Assembly: GCA_963845755.1 (NCBI GenBank) | Contig: CAWJTV010000036.1 | Location: 224,001-288,000 of the forward strand | Origin: an uncultured Planctomycetota bacterium | GTDB lineage: Bacteria > Planctomycetota > Planctomycetia > Isosphaerales > Isosphaeraceae | DNA: 64,000 bases | Direction: 5' to 3' | In this document: in pieces, positions 45,123-55,485 of the stretch | Layout of the letters: each line of letters opens with the position of its first letter | Position numbering within the stretch: position 1 is the first letter of the stretch | Notes under the pieces: generated by a model | The model's input: the letters and a program-made list of their open reading frames with translations, nothing else | Database searches by the model: none | Told to the model about the DNA's origin: nothing | Translations under genes and position numbers: made by a program

Positions 45123-45689
45123 ATGCCGATCTCGTTCTCGTGTTCGAAATGCGGCAAGAAGCTCAAGGCGCCGGACAGTGCGGCGGGCAAATCCTCGAAG
45201 TGCCCGCAATGCGGATCCTCGGTGACGTGTCCGGAACCGGTCTACGACGCAGAACTCGTGGAACCGCCCGGCGGCGTGGACCCCTACGGCGATCTCGACT
45301 CGGACAAGCCCTATGCCGTGGCCACTCCCGCCTCGTCCGCGGCTCCAGCGTCGGAGACCGACGGCCGTCGCCCCTGTCCGATGTGCGGCGAGATGATCGT
45401 GGCCACGGCCGCCAAGTGCCGCTTCTGCGGCGAAGTCTTCGACGCGACGCTCAAGAAGGCGAAATCCAAGAAGAAGAAGAAATATAGTTCGGATGAGGCG
45501 GACCTATCGACGGGGGACATCGTCGTTGGCCTGCTCTGCTCCGTGATCGGCTGTATCGCCGGGCTCGTCTGGATGATCCAGGGGAAGCCCAAAGGGCTAA
45601 AGATGGTGGGTTTGTCGATCGTCGCCGATATCGTGAAGTCGGTGATCTGGGCGATCATCCAATCGAATCAACACGGAGGCGCGGGGTAA
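45123..45689 (+). CDS. Double Zn-ribbon membrane protein
   Basis: CSKC..CPQC and CPMC..CRFC, two C-terminal TM helices. Confidence 0.85.
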   Translation: MPISFSCSKCGKKLKAPDSAAGKSSKCPQCGSSVTCPEPVYDAELVEPPGGVDPYGDLDSDKPYAVATPASSAAPASETDGRRPCPMCGEMIVATAAKCRFCGEVFDATLKKAKSKKKKKYSSDEADLSTGDIVVGLLCSVIGCIAGLVWMIQGKPKGLKMVGLSIVADIVKSVIWAIIQSNQHGGAG

Positions 45690-45833
45690 TGAGGATGGTG
45701 AGGCACCCGTCATCCGCCGCGCATCCGATCACCGGCTACGGTCGCCGACGAACCGCGGCTTGAATTGCCCGGAGCCAGGGCGTTTCTCGCCGGGCGCCGA
45801 CTTGGTCGGACCCGTTCTCAACGGAGGTCGTTC

Positions 45834-46670
45834 ATGATCATTGGACTGGCGTCACCCTGTGTTGCCTCATCACTCGATGCGGGTCTGGACAAGATCAAGA
45901 CGTTCCTGTCCGAAGCGTCCTCCCAGGGCGCGGCGATCGTGTGTTTCCCGGAAGCCTATCTCCCCGGCTTGCGGGGAGTGGGTATTGACGTGTTACCCTT
46001 CGGTCAATCGGAGACACGCGCGGGTACTCGAGGTTGTGGCGCAGTCGGCGCGAGCGTATTCGGTCGCCGCGATCCTCGGGACGGAACGGCTCACGGGTGC
46101 GGGTCGGCAGATTGCCGCCTATGTCATCGACGCCCAGGGCCGGATTCAGGGATACCAAACCAAGAACCAACTGGACCCATCCGAAGATCCGTTCTATGTG
46201 CCGGGAAACACCCGGCAACTCTTTGAAATCGACGGGTTGAAGTTCGGCGTGGCGATCTGTCATGAGGGCTGGCGCTATCCCGAGACGGTGCGCTGGGCGG
46301 CGGCGCGGGGCGCCAGATCGTCTTTCATCCGCAGCACACGGGGAGCGATCAGGAAGGCGTCTGTCCCACGCAGTGGGGCGCGGCCGGCGGACCCTACTAC
46401 GAGAAGGCCATGATGTGTCGCGGCCTGGAAAACACGATCTACTTCGCCAGCGTCAATTATGCGTTGCGCTTCCAGGAATCGGCGACAAGTCTTATCGACC
46501 CGTCGGGCCAGTGTCAGGCGTACTTACCCTATGGGCAGGAAGGCGTCCTGGTGCAGGCCATCAACGTCGAGGAAGCAACCGGTTTGCTCGCCAAGCGGTA
46601 CGCACCCGAGCGTTATCAAACCTCCGAGGAAACGGCCCAGAAGCCCATGGCGGCGATGCAGAGGGAATGA
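45834..46670 (+). CDS. Carbon-nitrogen hydrolase (nitrilase family; frameshifted)
   Basis: Catalytic triad contexts FPEAYL, QTKNQL and AICHEG; ENTIYFASVN. Confidence 0.88.
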
Positions 46671-46748
46671 GTCGCCGAGGCCATGGTGCGGGAAATGATC
46701 GTCTTCCTCCGTAGGATCCCTCGCCGTGCGCGCATCTGGGGGAGCCTT

Positions 46749-46841
46749 GATTCCGAATTCCGGATTCCGGATTCCGAATTCCGGATTCCGGATTCCCGAA
46801 TCCTTCTTTATCCGGAATCCGGAATCGGGAATCCGGAATCC
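46749..46841. repeat. Inverted heptamer array (GATTCCG)n...(CGGAATC)n between convergent genes
   Basis: Forms a long imperfect hairpin; possibly a bidirectional terminator. Confidence 0.85.
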
Positions 46842-46858
46842 CTCGTCCTATCCGAGAA

Positions 46859-47881
46859 TCACCGGCGGTTTTCGTTGACCGCGTGGGTCTTGGTGACGGG
46901 TGCGACGGTCGAGCTTCCGGCACTGGTCCGGCCGTTGAGGGATCGACCGCCGGATCGACCACTAAGGCGAGACTGTCGCAGTTCGGAGAGTGCGACGATG
47001 GTGTCCAGCCGGTGGTCGAGCAGGAGCTGACGGATGCTCTCGCGCGAGGCGAAGACGCCCATGCGGTGCCCGCGGACCAGTTCGGCGTGTCCCACGCACA
47101 CCCCGATCAGCTCGCCGTTGTCGAGGAAGAGGCCCCCGCCGGATCGGCCGTGCTCGGGGGCTTGGTTGGTGATGAAGAAGAGGCGTTCGTCGTGGCTTTC
47201 ATTGAGCTCGAACCAGAGGGATTCCACCAGTCGCGTGCTCCAGCTCGAGAGCTTGGTCCCCAGGTCGATCCCGATCGAGATTACCAGCGAATCGGCCGCC
47301 GGCTCCGGGTGGCTGGGGGCCAGCCGGGCCACATAGGGCAGCGCGGGGATCTTCTCGATGCGCAGGATGGCCAGGTCGGCGGCCGGGTCGGTGGCCGCCA
47401 CGAAGGCGTTGAGGGATCGCGGCCAGGGCTTCGGTGTGGGTCGCGATCGTTCCTGTCCGAGATTGTATCGGTGCAACTCGACGATGATCGGCCCGCGCTC
47501 CTGGACGACGTGGGCGGCGGTCAGGACGAGGGTCTCCCCATCGATCGAGGCGATGATGGTCCCGCTGCCCTGCGAGGTGCCCCGTCGCACCACCACGGTC
47601 GGACGGAAGGTCCAATCGTCGGAGGGGAGCACGCTCTTGGACGGATCCACCGGCGCGGCGGGCCGATCTGTACGAGTGGCCGGGCGCGCCGTCTGGGGCG
47701 AAAGGGGCGGCGCACTCGTCCGCGGCCTGGCCTCCGACCCGGTCCCCTGTGCCGCAATCGCTTGACCCCCGCTGCATGCCCAGAAAGCCATGCCGACCAC
47801 GGCCATGATCGGGATCACTGCCGCGACCTCAGCGGCCTGCGCGACCCCATGCCGAGCTCGCCGACGATTCCCAATCATCAT
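46859..47881 (-). CDS. Trypsin-like (S1) serine protease
   Basis: GSGTI, VLTAAHV, DLAIL, GRSGGGL (His-Asp-Ser). Confidence 0.88.
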   Translation of the reverse strand: MMIGNRRRARHGVAQAAEVAAVIPIMAVVGMAFWACSGGQAIAAQGTGSEARPRTSAPPLSPQTARPATRTDRPAAPVDPSKSVLPSDDWTFRPTVVVRRGTSQGSGTIIASIDGETLVLTAAHVVQERGPIIVELHRYNLGQERSRPTPKPWPRSLNAFVAATDPAADLAILRIEKIPALPYVARLAPSHPEPAADSLVISIGIDLGTKLSSWSTRLVESLWFELNESHDERLFFITNQAPEHGRSGGGLFLDNGELIGVCVGHAELVRGHRMGVFASRESIRQLLLDHRLDTIVALSELRQSRLSGRSGGRSLNGRTSAGSSTVAPVTKTHAVNENRR

Positions 47882-48253
47882 CGATCACGGCTCCTTTCTG
47901 CCCTCCTGTCCTGCCGAGCTGACAGACCGCCCACGCCCGGCGCGCATCGGATCAATGTTGACGATCTCCCGGCCTTCTTGCAAGCCCTCGCCCGCCGATC
48001 GCCCGCGCGCTCCCGCCCGGTTCGAGGCAGCCCCGCGGCCCACCGGCCGGACCGGCGGTCGCCTCGATGGGAAGTGGACAACCGGTGTTGAATAAATCCA
48101 CCGCTCGGCGAGAGACTCTTGCACCGTCATCTCCGAAATGATTCAATCCCGGAGTTAGCTCGACGGGCCGGGCTCGTCCAGTGAACGGGAGATCGGATTC
48201 GCAGGATGCCCCGATCCAGAACCGACGGCGGTACTTCTTGAGGGATGTTGATC

Positions 48254-48745
48254 ATGGTGTTATCGAATCGAATCGGCTCGCGTACGTCCGGGACCGGCCT
48301 GACCATCCTCCTGGTCGTGGCCCTCTGGGCGGGTTTCAGCCTGGGCGGGGGCGCTGTCCTCGCACTGGGTGATGACGACAAGTCTTCATCCGAGGTGCTC
48401 AAATCCTTGAAAGGCACCTGGGTCTCGGAGTCGGATGAGATTGATTCCAAATGGACCTTCGAAGGAGAGACGCTCAAGGCGAGCGTCAACGGGATCGACT
48501 ACACCTGCAAGGTCAAGGTCGACGCGAAGGCCAAGCCCCACGCGACCGTGGACTTCCTCATCAACGAGGGCCCCGAGGACGCCAAGGGGAAGACCTCGCA
48601 GTGCATCTACAAGCTCGACAAAGAGAAGCTCACGCTCTGTGTCTCCCTGCCCGGCAAGGACCGGCCCAAGGAATTCGAGCAGGCCGAAGGTGAAGCGTTC
48701 CTCTTCAAGCTGAAGAAAGAAAAGTCCGGCGAGAAGAAGGATTGA
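48254..48745 (+). CDS. TIGR03067 planctomycete domain protein
   Basis: Signal peptide, LKGTW, IYKLDKEKLTLC...RPKEF. Confidence 0.85.
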   Translation: MVLSNRIGSRTSGTGLTILLVVALWAGFSLGGGAVLALGDDDKSSSEVLKSLKGTWVSESDEIDSKWTFEGETLKASVNGIDYTCKVKVDAKAKPHATVDFLINEGPEDAKGKTSQCIYKLDKEKLTLCVSLPGKDRPKEFEQAEGEAFLFKLKKEKSGEKKD

Positions 48746-49322
48746 ACGGCCAAGCCTGGACCATTGGGGTTCTGCGGGAGTGCGAGGCGGGTTCGATGAA
48801 CGGTTCGCCTCGCCCTCCCCGAGCGTTCCTTTCCCGTATTGTTGCGCCTTGCGGGCTACTGTAAGTTGACCTTTCCTGCGATTGCGCCGGCTGTCCTCTC
48901 ATCGCTCGACGTCACTCGACTCTCGTTGCGCAACCGACAATTCTCACGCTCTCGGCCAGACACTTCGAGTCCATCGCGTCCCGGCTGAGCCTGTGGCCCT
49001 GGAACCCGTCGGTCCGGACCGCCGAACCTCCGGCGATTCCGATCGCACACAGCCAATCCGTTCCTCGTGCAACGCTCCGGCGACTTGCGACACGCAGGGT
49101 AAGGGTTCGGTTTGTCCCTGTAAAGGGTGCACGAGATGCTCCCGTAGAAGCCCACCGGGTTCTCCGTCGAAGCCGTCGGGCGTCGCCTCGATGAATTGAG
49201 GCTCGAATGGATCAGACGGAAAACTCGAACCGAGACAGTTTTTGAGACACGGACTCCCAGCGAGGGCGTACTGGTAGCGGATCGACGACTCGCGATGCGC
49301 AAGCCTAGGAGGAGGGCGGCGA

Positions 49323-50050
49323 ATGAAGCTCCCCGGAACGATCACACGCATCATTCGCGACCTGGAGAGCACCGAGCAATTGCGACGCGATGCCGCCGTG
49401 CGAGAACTCTGGGAACGGTTCTTCGCCGACTTGACGGCCTATGCTCGAAAACGCTTGAAGGCGATGAATGCATCGCGAGGTCCGGCGGACGAGGAGGATG
49501 CCGCCTCGCGAGCCTTCATGAAGGTCTGCCGCGGAATCGAGCCGCGGTCAGCTCAAACTGGCCAACCGAGTGGACCTGACGAAGGTCCTGCGGTCGGCCA
49601 CCGCGCGAGAGGTGTTCACGCTGCTCAGCCGGTCAAAGGGATCGGGTGGGCGGCCCATCGACGACATCGCCCTGGGCCAGGTCGTCGACCCGGCCCTTCC
49701 GCCCGACCTCCTCCTCCTGGCCTTCGACGCCTGCCAGCGTCTGCTCGACCTGCTCGAGACCGACGATGTCCGACACGTCGCCATCTGGAAGCTGGCCGGT
49801 CACACCAACGAGGCGATCGCGGTCAAGCTCGACTGCTCGGCAGCCACGGTCGAGCGCACCTTGTCCCACATCCGAGAGACCTGGAGGCGGTCATGGGGCG
49901 ACGCCGTGCCCCGCGGGCCGGCGAAGCCCGGACCTCGACGCGGCTCGAGCGCGCGCGGCGAATCCCATCGCGTCCCCGCTTCCGGGCGTCGATGACATGG
50001 ACGCCGATGCTGCGGCCAGGCTCCTTCGCGACCTCGCCGGGCTGACGTGA
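49323..50050 (+). CDS. ECF-type sigma factor (frameshifted)
   Basis: ELWERFFADL...ADEEDAA; WKLAGHTNEAIAVKLDCSAATVERTL HTH. Confidence 0.8.
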
Positions 50051-50206
50051 TCGCGTGGCCAATCTCGCCTGTGGACCGACTCACCTCTTTCCTCATGATC
50101 CGCATCATGCGAGGCTAGCATCAGCCGCCAGCGGTGCAGGCCGGCGAGCGTCCGCATCGCGCGAGCGGTTCGTGCCCGAATGGGCGTCCAGAAAGCGAGG
50201 CGGATC

Positions 50207-51773
50207 ATGAGGTTGATGTCGCGGGCAGGCTGGCTTGGGGTTGTCGTGGGGCTCGCTGGACTCGTCCCGCGGGCCGGTGCCGCGGAGGGACCCGAGCCGA
50301 TCATCTACGCGATCCGATTCCCGGCGGCCGGCCAGCATATCGCCGAGGTCGAGGCCACGGTCCCGACTCAAGGGCGCCCGGAGATCGCCCTCATGATGGC
50401 GGTCTGGTCGCCGGGATTCTATCGCCTCGAGGACTACGCCCAGAAGATCCAGGGCCTCTCGGCACGGGCCACGAACGGGGCGGCGCTGGGGGTCGAACAT
50501 CCCCAGAAGAACCGCTGGACCATCACGAACACGGGTGGCGGTCCGAAGGTGGTCGTGACGTATCGGCTCACTTGCGATCGCCGGTCCGTCACCACGAACT
50601 GGGTCGGCGAGGACCTCGTCGTCTTGAACGGGGCGGCAACTTGCGTCACGCTGGTCGAGCCGGTCCGCCGTCCTCATGAAGTCCGGCTCGAGTTGCCGGC
50701 TCGTTGCAAGCGTTCGGCGACGGCGATGGATCCGGCCCCCGACGGCCTGCCGAACCACTATCGCGCCGAGGACTATGACACGCTGGTCGATTCGCCGATC
50801 GTCGCCGGAGACCTGTCGATCCACGAGTTCTCGGTCGATGGCAGTCAGCACATCCTCGCGGATGCCGGCGAGGTCGGCCAATGGGACGGCGAGCTCGCGG
50901 CGCGCAATCTGGAGAAGATGGTCGGCGAGGCGCGTCGCTTCTGGGGTTTCTTGCCGTTCCGGCGATACGTCTTCCTCAACGTGTTCCGCCCCGGCGGCGG
51001 CGGGCTGGAGCACAAGAATTCCACGCTGTTGACCGCGAGTCCCCGAGGCGGGAGGGAGCCGGGCTCCGTGCGCTGGCTCTCCTTCATCAGCCACGAGTAT
51101 TTTCATGCGTTCAACGTCAAGCGACTGCGGCCGATCGAGCTGGGACCGTTCGACTACGAGCACCCGCCGTTCAACCAAGAGCCTCTGGATCGCCGAGGGC
51201 CTCACCACCTATTTCGGCGACCTGATCATCAGCCGCGCCGGGCTCGCCAGGCCGAACGACCTCCTGGGCATGCTGTCCTCGCACATCGGGCAACTCCAGA
51301 ACTCGAAAGGACGGCTCGTCCAGACGCTCGAGCAGGCGTCCCTGGACGTCTGGGCCTCCGGGACTTCCGGAGTGGGACGGGACCCCGCCACCAAGCTCAG
51401 CTACTACGTCAAGGGGCCCGTCGTCGGCTTCCTGCTCGACGCCCGGATCCGTCGCGCGACCGGCGGCAAGAAGAGCCTGGATGATGTGATGAGGCACGCC
51501 TACAATCGCTATTCGGGCGACCGTGGTTTCACTCCGGAGCAGTTCCGCGCCGTAGCCGAGGAAGTTGCTGGTGTCGACCTCAAGGAGTGGTATCACAAGG
51601 CGATCGCCTCGACCGAGGAGCTGGATTACCAGGAGGCTCTCGACTGGTTCGGCCTGCGGTTCGCCCCCTCGGACGATCCGTCCAAGGGCTGGAAGCTCGA
51701 GATCCTCGCGGAGGCCACGGAGACGCAGAAAGCACATCTTCGGGCCTGGGCCGAGGCCGCTGGCGGATCTTAG
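50207..51773 (+). CDS. M61 family metallopeptidase (frameshift near 51172)
   Basis: WSPGFY, LVDSP, GGGLEH, HEYFHAFNVKRLRP, LWIAEGLT, SYYVKG. Confidence 0.92.
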
Positions 51774-51809
51774 TATCCGCACTACAGAGAAACGGCCTGG
51801 AATTCCCTC

Positions 51810-51871
51810 GGGAGGGCGAACCTCCGTGCGAGCCGGCATTAACAAGAGGCTCGGACGAGCCTCGCACTCCC
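51810..51871. repeat. REP-like palindrome
   Basis: GGGAGGGCGAACCTCCGTGCGAGCC...GGCTCGGACGAGCCTCGCACTCCC; related GGGAGTGCGAGGC...GCCTCGCCCTCCC at about 48776-48820. Confidence 0.6.
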
Positions 51872-51955
51872 GAATTCCGATCCCCATTTCCGTGGAGTGG
51901 TACTTATCGAAAACAAATTCTCAGATCGCTCTCTTTCTTTGGAAAGGCATCTCCG

Positions 51956-53308
51956 ATGAATATGAGTGACAGCTCCCAGGCGAGCCCGCAAACCCCGTCT
52001 GCCGGTGACGCATTCCCACAGCCCGGCCCGGCTGCCGACTCTTCTCTGGAGGCGAAACCATCGAGGCCCCGGCGCTCGATCCTCCGGAGGCTCTCCGGTC
52101 ACTGGTGGCGGATTCTCCTGCTCTGGCTGGTGGTGTCCACTCCCCTGGCCTATATGATCTACGTGGTCGTCGAGCCGACCTACGAGGCATTCAGCTTGCT
52201 CCAGGTTGAGCCAACGAAGACGATGCTCTTCTCGGTTGATGTGCAAGGCATCGCCGACCGCAGGGACGACGAGCCCTACCTCCAGACGCAAGTGCAACTG
52301 ATCACCAGCGATGTAGTGCTCGACCAGGCCCTCTCCCGTGACGCCCGGATCGCCAGGCTCCCGATGATCAAGGAGTCGGAGGACCCGAAGGCCGATCTTC
52401 GCAAGAAGATGGAGGTCGGGATCGTGAACAAGAACACCTACCTGATCCGGGTCGCCCTGGCCTCCGGGAATCCCGAAGAGGCGGCCATGATCGTCAACGC
52501 GGTGGTCAACGCCTACATGGATCAGCATACCGAGTATCACCGGTCCGCCAACAAGGCGCTCCACAAGAGCTTGGCCGAGGAGCTCGAGAAGCTGGCCAAG
52601 GAGATCCTTGAGAAGAAGAACGAGCTGAAGAACCTGGACCATGGGGCCGCCATCGCGAGCCATGTGATGACACGGCCGGTTGCCGCGAAGAAGGACGACC
52701 TGGGAATCCCGTCGCTCGATGTCATCTCGGAAGAGCAGTTTGCCAGGGTGGTCGACCGATTGTCCCAGGCCGACCTCGAACTGATCGATGCCCAGGCGAA
52801 GCTCGAGACGGCCAGGCTCGCCCGGAAAGCCCGCGAGGCCAGACCGGACGATCAACCCGCGATTGCCGAAGGCTCGAAGCAGGCGGCCGAGGAGAAGATC
52901 CAGGAGCAGGAGGCTGCCGTAGAGGAGATCAAGAGGAAACGGATCGGCTACTTGCAGTACCTCGAGAAGGCGAAGGTTCAAACCCGTTTCAAGAACAACG
53001 ACACCCTCGCCGCGGGGATGGTGAACCAGGAGCTGTCGAGCTTGCTGAAGATGCAGGAGATCATCAACCAGAAGCTCGAGCAACTGAATTTCGAGACCAA
53101 GCAGGACGTGTATCGCATCTCTCAGCACGACCGTGCGGGAGTGCCGAAGGTCCCTTCGAATAATATGCGACTCAGGTACATGGCCGCGGCGCCCGTGGGC
53201 GTCCTGTTCCTGATTCTCGGCTGGTTTCTGATCGTGGAGATCAAGGCAGGGCCGGTCGCCGATCCGAAGGAGCTGTCCTCGAGGAAGTACACGACCCGCG
53301 AACTTTGA
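51956..53308 (+). CDS. GumC/Wzz-like polysaccharide co-polymerase domain protein (no kinase domain)
   Basis: TM, PTYEAFSLLQVEP, YLQTQVQLITSDVVL, AAMIVNAVVNAY, coiled coil, second TM. Confidence 0.8.
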   Translation: MNMSDSSQASPQTPSAGDAFPQPGPAADSSLEAKPSRPRRSILRRLSGHWWRILLLWLVVSTPLAYMIYVVVEPTYEAFSLLQVEPTKTMLFSVDVQGIADRRDDEPYLQTQVQLITSDVVLDQALSRDARIARLPMIKESEDPKADLRKKMEVGIVNKNTYLIRVALASGNPEEAAMIVNAVVNAYMDQHTEYHRSANKALHKSLAEELEKLAKEILEKKNELKNLDHGAAIASHVMTRPVAAKKDDLGIPSLDVISEEQFARVVDRLSQADLELIDAQAKLETARLARKAREARPDDQPAIAEGSKQAAEEKIQEQEAAVEEIKRKRIGYLQYLEKAKVQTRFKNNDTLAAGMVNQELSSLLKMQEIINQKLEQLNFETKQDVYRISQHDRAGVPKVPSNNMRLRYMAAAPVGVLFLILGWFLIVEIKAGPVADPKELSSRKYTTREL

Positions 53309-53880
53309 CAGTCCTTGGAACAACGAGGATGGCGCACGGAGCCGAAACTCCGACTCCGGCCACCTCGTGCAGTTGGGGCCGAGGAGACGAAAGAGGCGGG
53401 AACGCGTTCGATCAGTGCGCAGTCACGTTTGCGTTGCGAACCGGGCAGTCGGGTGCTCTGCGAACACCGATCCGTGTCGCCATCCCGTCCCGGTGCTCAC
53501 AACGCACCCTACGGAACCGGCCAGGTGCGGGCGCGTGTGTGCCGCATCGAGGTGCAGGAAACGTCGAAGACGACACCTTCCGCCTGCACGGCGAAAAGGA
53601 AGGCTGCCAACCCGGCTTCGTGGTCTCCAACCCGTTCGTCGAAGGTGCGGGAACGGGTCCAGTTCGATGCCACGGTGGCATCAGCTTTCTGCCACGCCTA
53701 TCGCTCGACCTCTCCGGTCGCCAGAGACTGATCCCGGTCGATGATCGGGAGTCCGGCGAACGGAACTCGCCCGGACACCTCGCGGCTCGACACCTCCCCA
53801 AGACGATGACCGACCGACGAGCTCGTCGTGCGCGCTCCCAGCTCTCCCCATGAGGCGGCCAGCGAGATGCCGAGGGGAGG

Positions 53881-53937
53881 CCGAAATCGATTTCGGCGAT
53901 TCGCAAGCGGGAACCGCCGTCACGAAGCCGATTTCGG
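53881..53937. promoter_or_regulatory. Candidate upstream activator sites for a sigma-54 activator
   Basis: Perfect palindrome CCGAAATCGATTTCGG (53881-53896) and degenerate copy ACGAAGCCGATTTCGG (53922-53937), 145-200 bp upstream of the sigma-54 box. Confidence 0.55.
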
Positions 53938-54080
53938 GTTCGGTCGCCGAGAGCGCCAGGAACGCCCTCGAGTCCTGGAGGGAAATCGGGAGAGCACGTC
54001 CCCATCCGAGCCGCGTTTCCAGGGCTCGAATGAAGGCTCGCCCCGCGGAAATCCTCTTGTTTCAGGGACCCGTATTGCAT

Positions 54081-54096
54081 TGGCACGAGGATTGCA
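54081..54096 (+). promoter_or_regulatory. Sigma-54 (-24/-12) promoter
   Basis: TGGCACGAGGATTGCA matches TGGCAC-N5-TTGCW exactly, 60 bp before the ATG at 54156. Confidence 0.85.
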
Positions 54097-54155
54097 ATTC
54101 CTACACATCAGTTCGCTGTTACCTAGGTCTCAACATGTTTTTGGAGTGTTCAATC

Positions 54156-55482
54156 ATGCACGACATCGACAGGACCCAACTCCAGTCCGGGGTACGGCTC
54201 GGCGAGCAAGAGGCCGGTTACCAGGAGTTTGAATCCGAGCTCTACGAGTCCGAGGGGGAAGGTGAAGCGGAATCCGAGATGTTCTACGAGGGCGAGGCCT
54301 ACGAGTCCGAGGGCGAGCAGTTCTACGAGGCCGAGGGCGAGCAGTTCTACGAGGCCGAGGGCGAGCAGTTCTACGAGGCCGAGGGCGAGGCCTACGAGGC
54401 CGAGGGCGAGGCCTACGAGGCCGAGGCCGAGCAGTTCTACGAGTCCGAGGCCTGGGAAATGGAGATGGCCGCCGAACTGCTGGCGGTCCGAGACGAGGCG
54501 GAACTCGAGCAGTTTCTCGGCGGCCTGGTGAGCGGGCTCTCGGGCCTTGCTAAGAAGGCCGCTCCGTTCCTCGGTTCTGCTCTGAAGACGGTTGCCAAGA
54601 AGGCTCTGCCTGTTGTCGGCGGGGCTTTGGGAGGGCTCGCCGGAGGCCCGATCGGTGCCCAACTCGGCAGCCAGCTCGCGAGCACTGCGGGCAATATGTT
54701 CGGGCTCGAGCTCGAAGGTCTCAGCTACGAAGACCAGGAGTTCGAAGCCGCGAAGGGGTTCGTTCGTTTCGCGAACGATGCGGCGAATATCCTGCAAGAG
54801 ACCGCCCATCACCACTCCACCCCGAAGAAAGCGGCGCATGCCGCTATGAGCGCGTCTGCCAAGAAGAATGCGCCGGACTTCACGGCTCGCCCTCGTCGCA
54901 CAAGGGCGGAGGAGCACCACGCCATAACGGAGCTCACGCGTCGCATCACGCGGGTCCGAAGCCGCCGCACCATGCGGGTCCGAAGCCGTCGCACCACCCG
55001 GGTGCACACCACCCCGGTTCGCCTCACCCGCACCACCCCGGTTCGCCTCACCCGCACCACCCGGGTGCGCGCACCACCCCGGTTCGCCTCACCCGCACCA
55101 CCCGGGTGCGCACCACCCCGGTTCGCCTCACCCGCACCACCCGGGTGCGCACCACCCCGGTTCGCCTCACCCGCACCACCCGGGTCACCGGCCGCGGCAT
55201 CCCCACGTTGGGGCGCCGGGCACAGGCGTTGCGACGGGGCCAGGTCCCGGATGGCGCGGGCCACACTTCGGGCCGTTCCCTGGCCTACCGGGGATCGACG
55301 TTCAGGGTCCAGGTGGATTGACCATAGACGGGATCTTCGGCTATCCGCCTGGCACCTCGGGTCCGGGTCCAGGCGCGGAGGGCACCGGCCAGGGTGGCCC
55401 GGCCGTGGGACGGGGTTGCGTGGGGAACGCGACGGGTCGGTGGTATCGCCGTGGTGACAAGATTGTCCTGGTCGGGGTCTAG
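54156..55482 (+). CDS. Uncharacterised acidic-repeat / Gly-zipper / His-Pro-repeat protein (two frameshifts, near 54875 and 55070)
   Basis: SD GGAG; MHDIDRTQ; (EAEGEQFY)n; EMEMAAELL...ELEQFLGGL; Gly zipper; HHPGSPHP repeats in shifted frame; ends GRWYRRGDKIVLVGV* 3 nt before the next ATG. Confidence 0.8.
54280..54452 (+). repeat. 24-nt and 21-nt coding tandem repeats (EQFYEAEG / EAYEAEG)
   Basis: GAGCAGTTCTACGAGGCCGAGGGC x3 and GAGGCCTACGAGGCCGAGG repeats. Confidence 0.9.
54935..55190 (+). repeat. 24-nt and 39-nt coding tandem repeats (HHPGSPHP / HHPGA)
   Basis: CACCACCCCGGTTCGCCTCACCCG about 5 copies. Confidence 0.9.
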
Positions 55483-55485
55483 CCA

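Noticed and set aside
53309..53850. ORFs in the gap before the sigma-54 operon (similarly 48850-49320)
   Set aside because: No recognisable motifs, SD or consistent codon bias; treated as intergenic or unsupported.
53850..54155. N-terminal extension of the 535-aa ORF
   Set aside because: Overlaps the sigma-54 promoter; the SD-preceded ATG at 54156 is the better start.
54280..55190. Tandem repeats as a possible CRISPR array
   Set aside because: Units are contiguous multiples of 3 with no unique spacers and lie inside a coding region; no cas genes.
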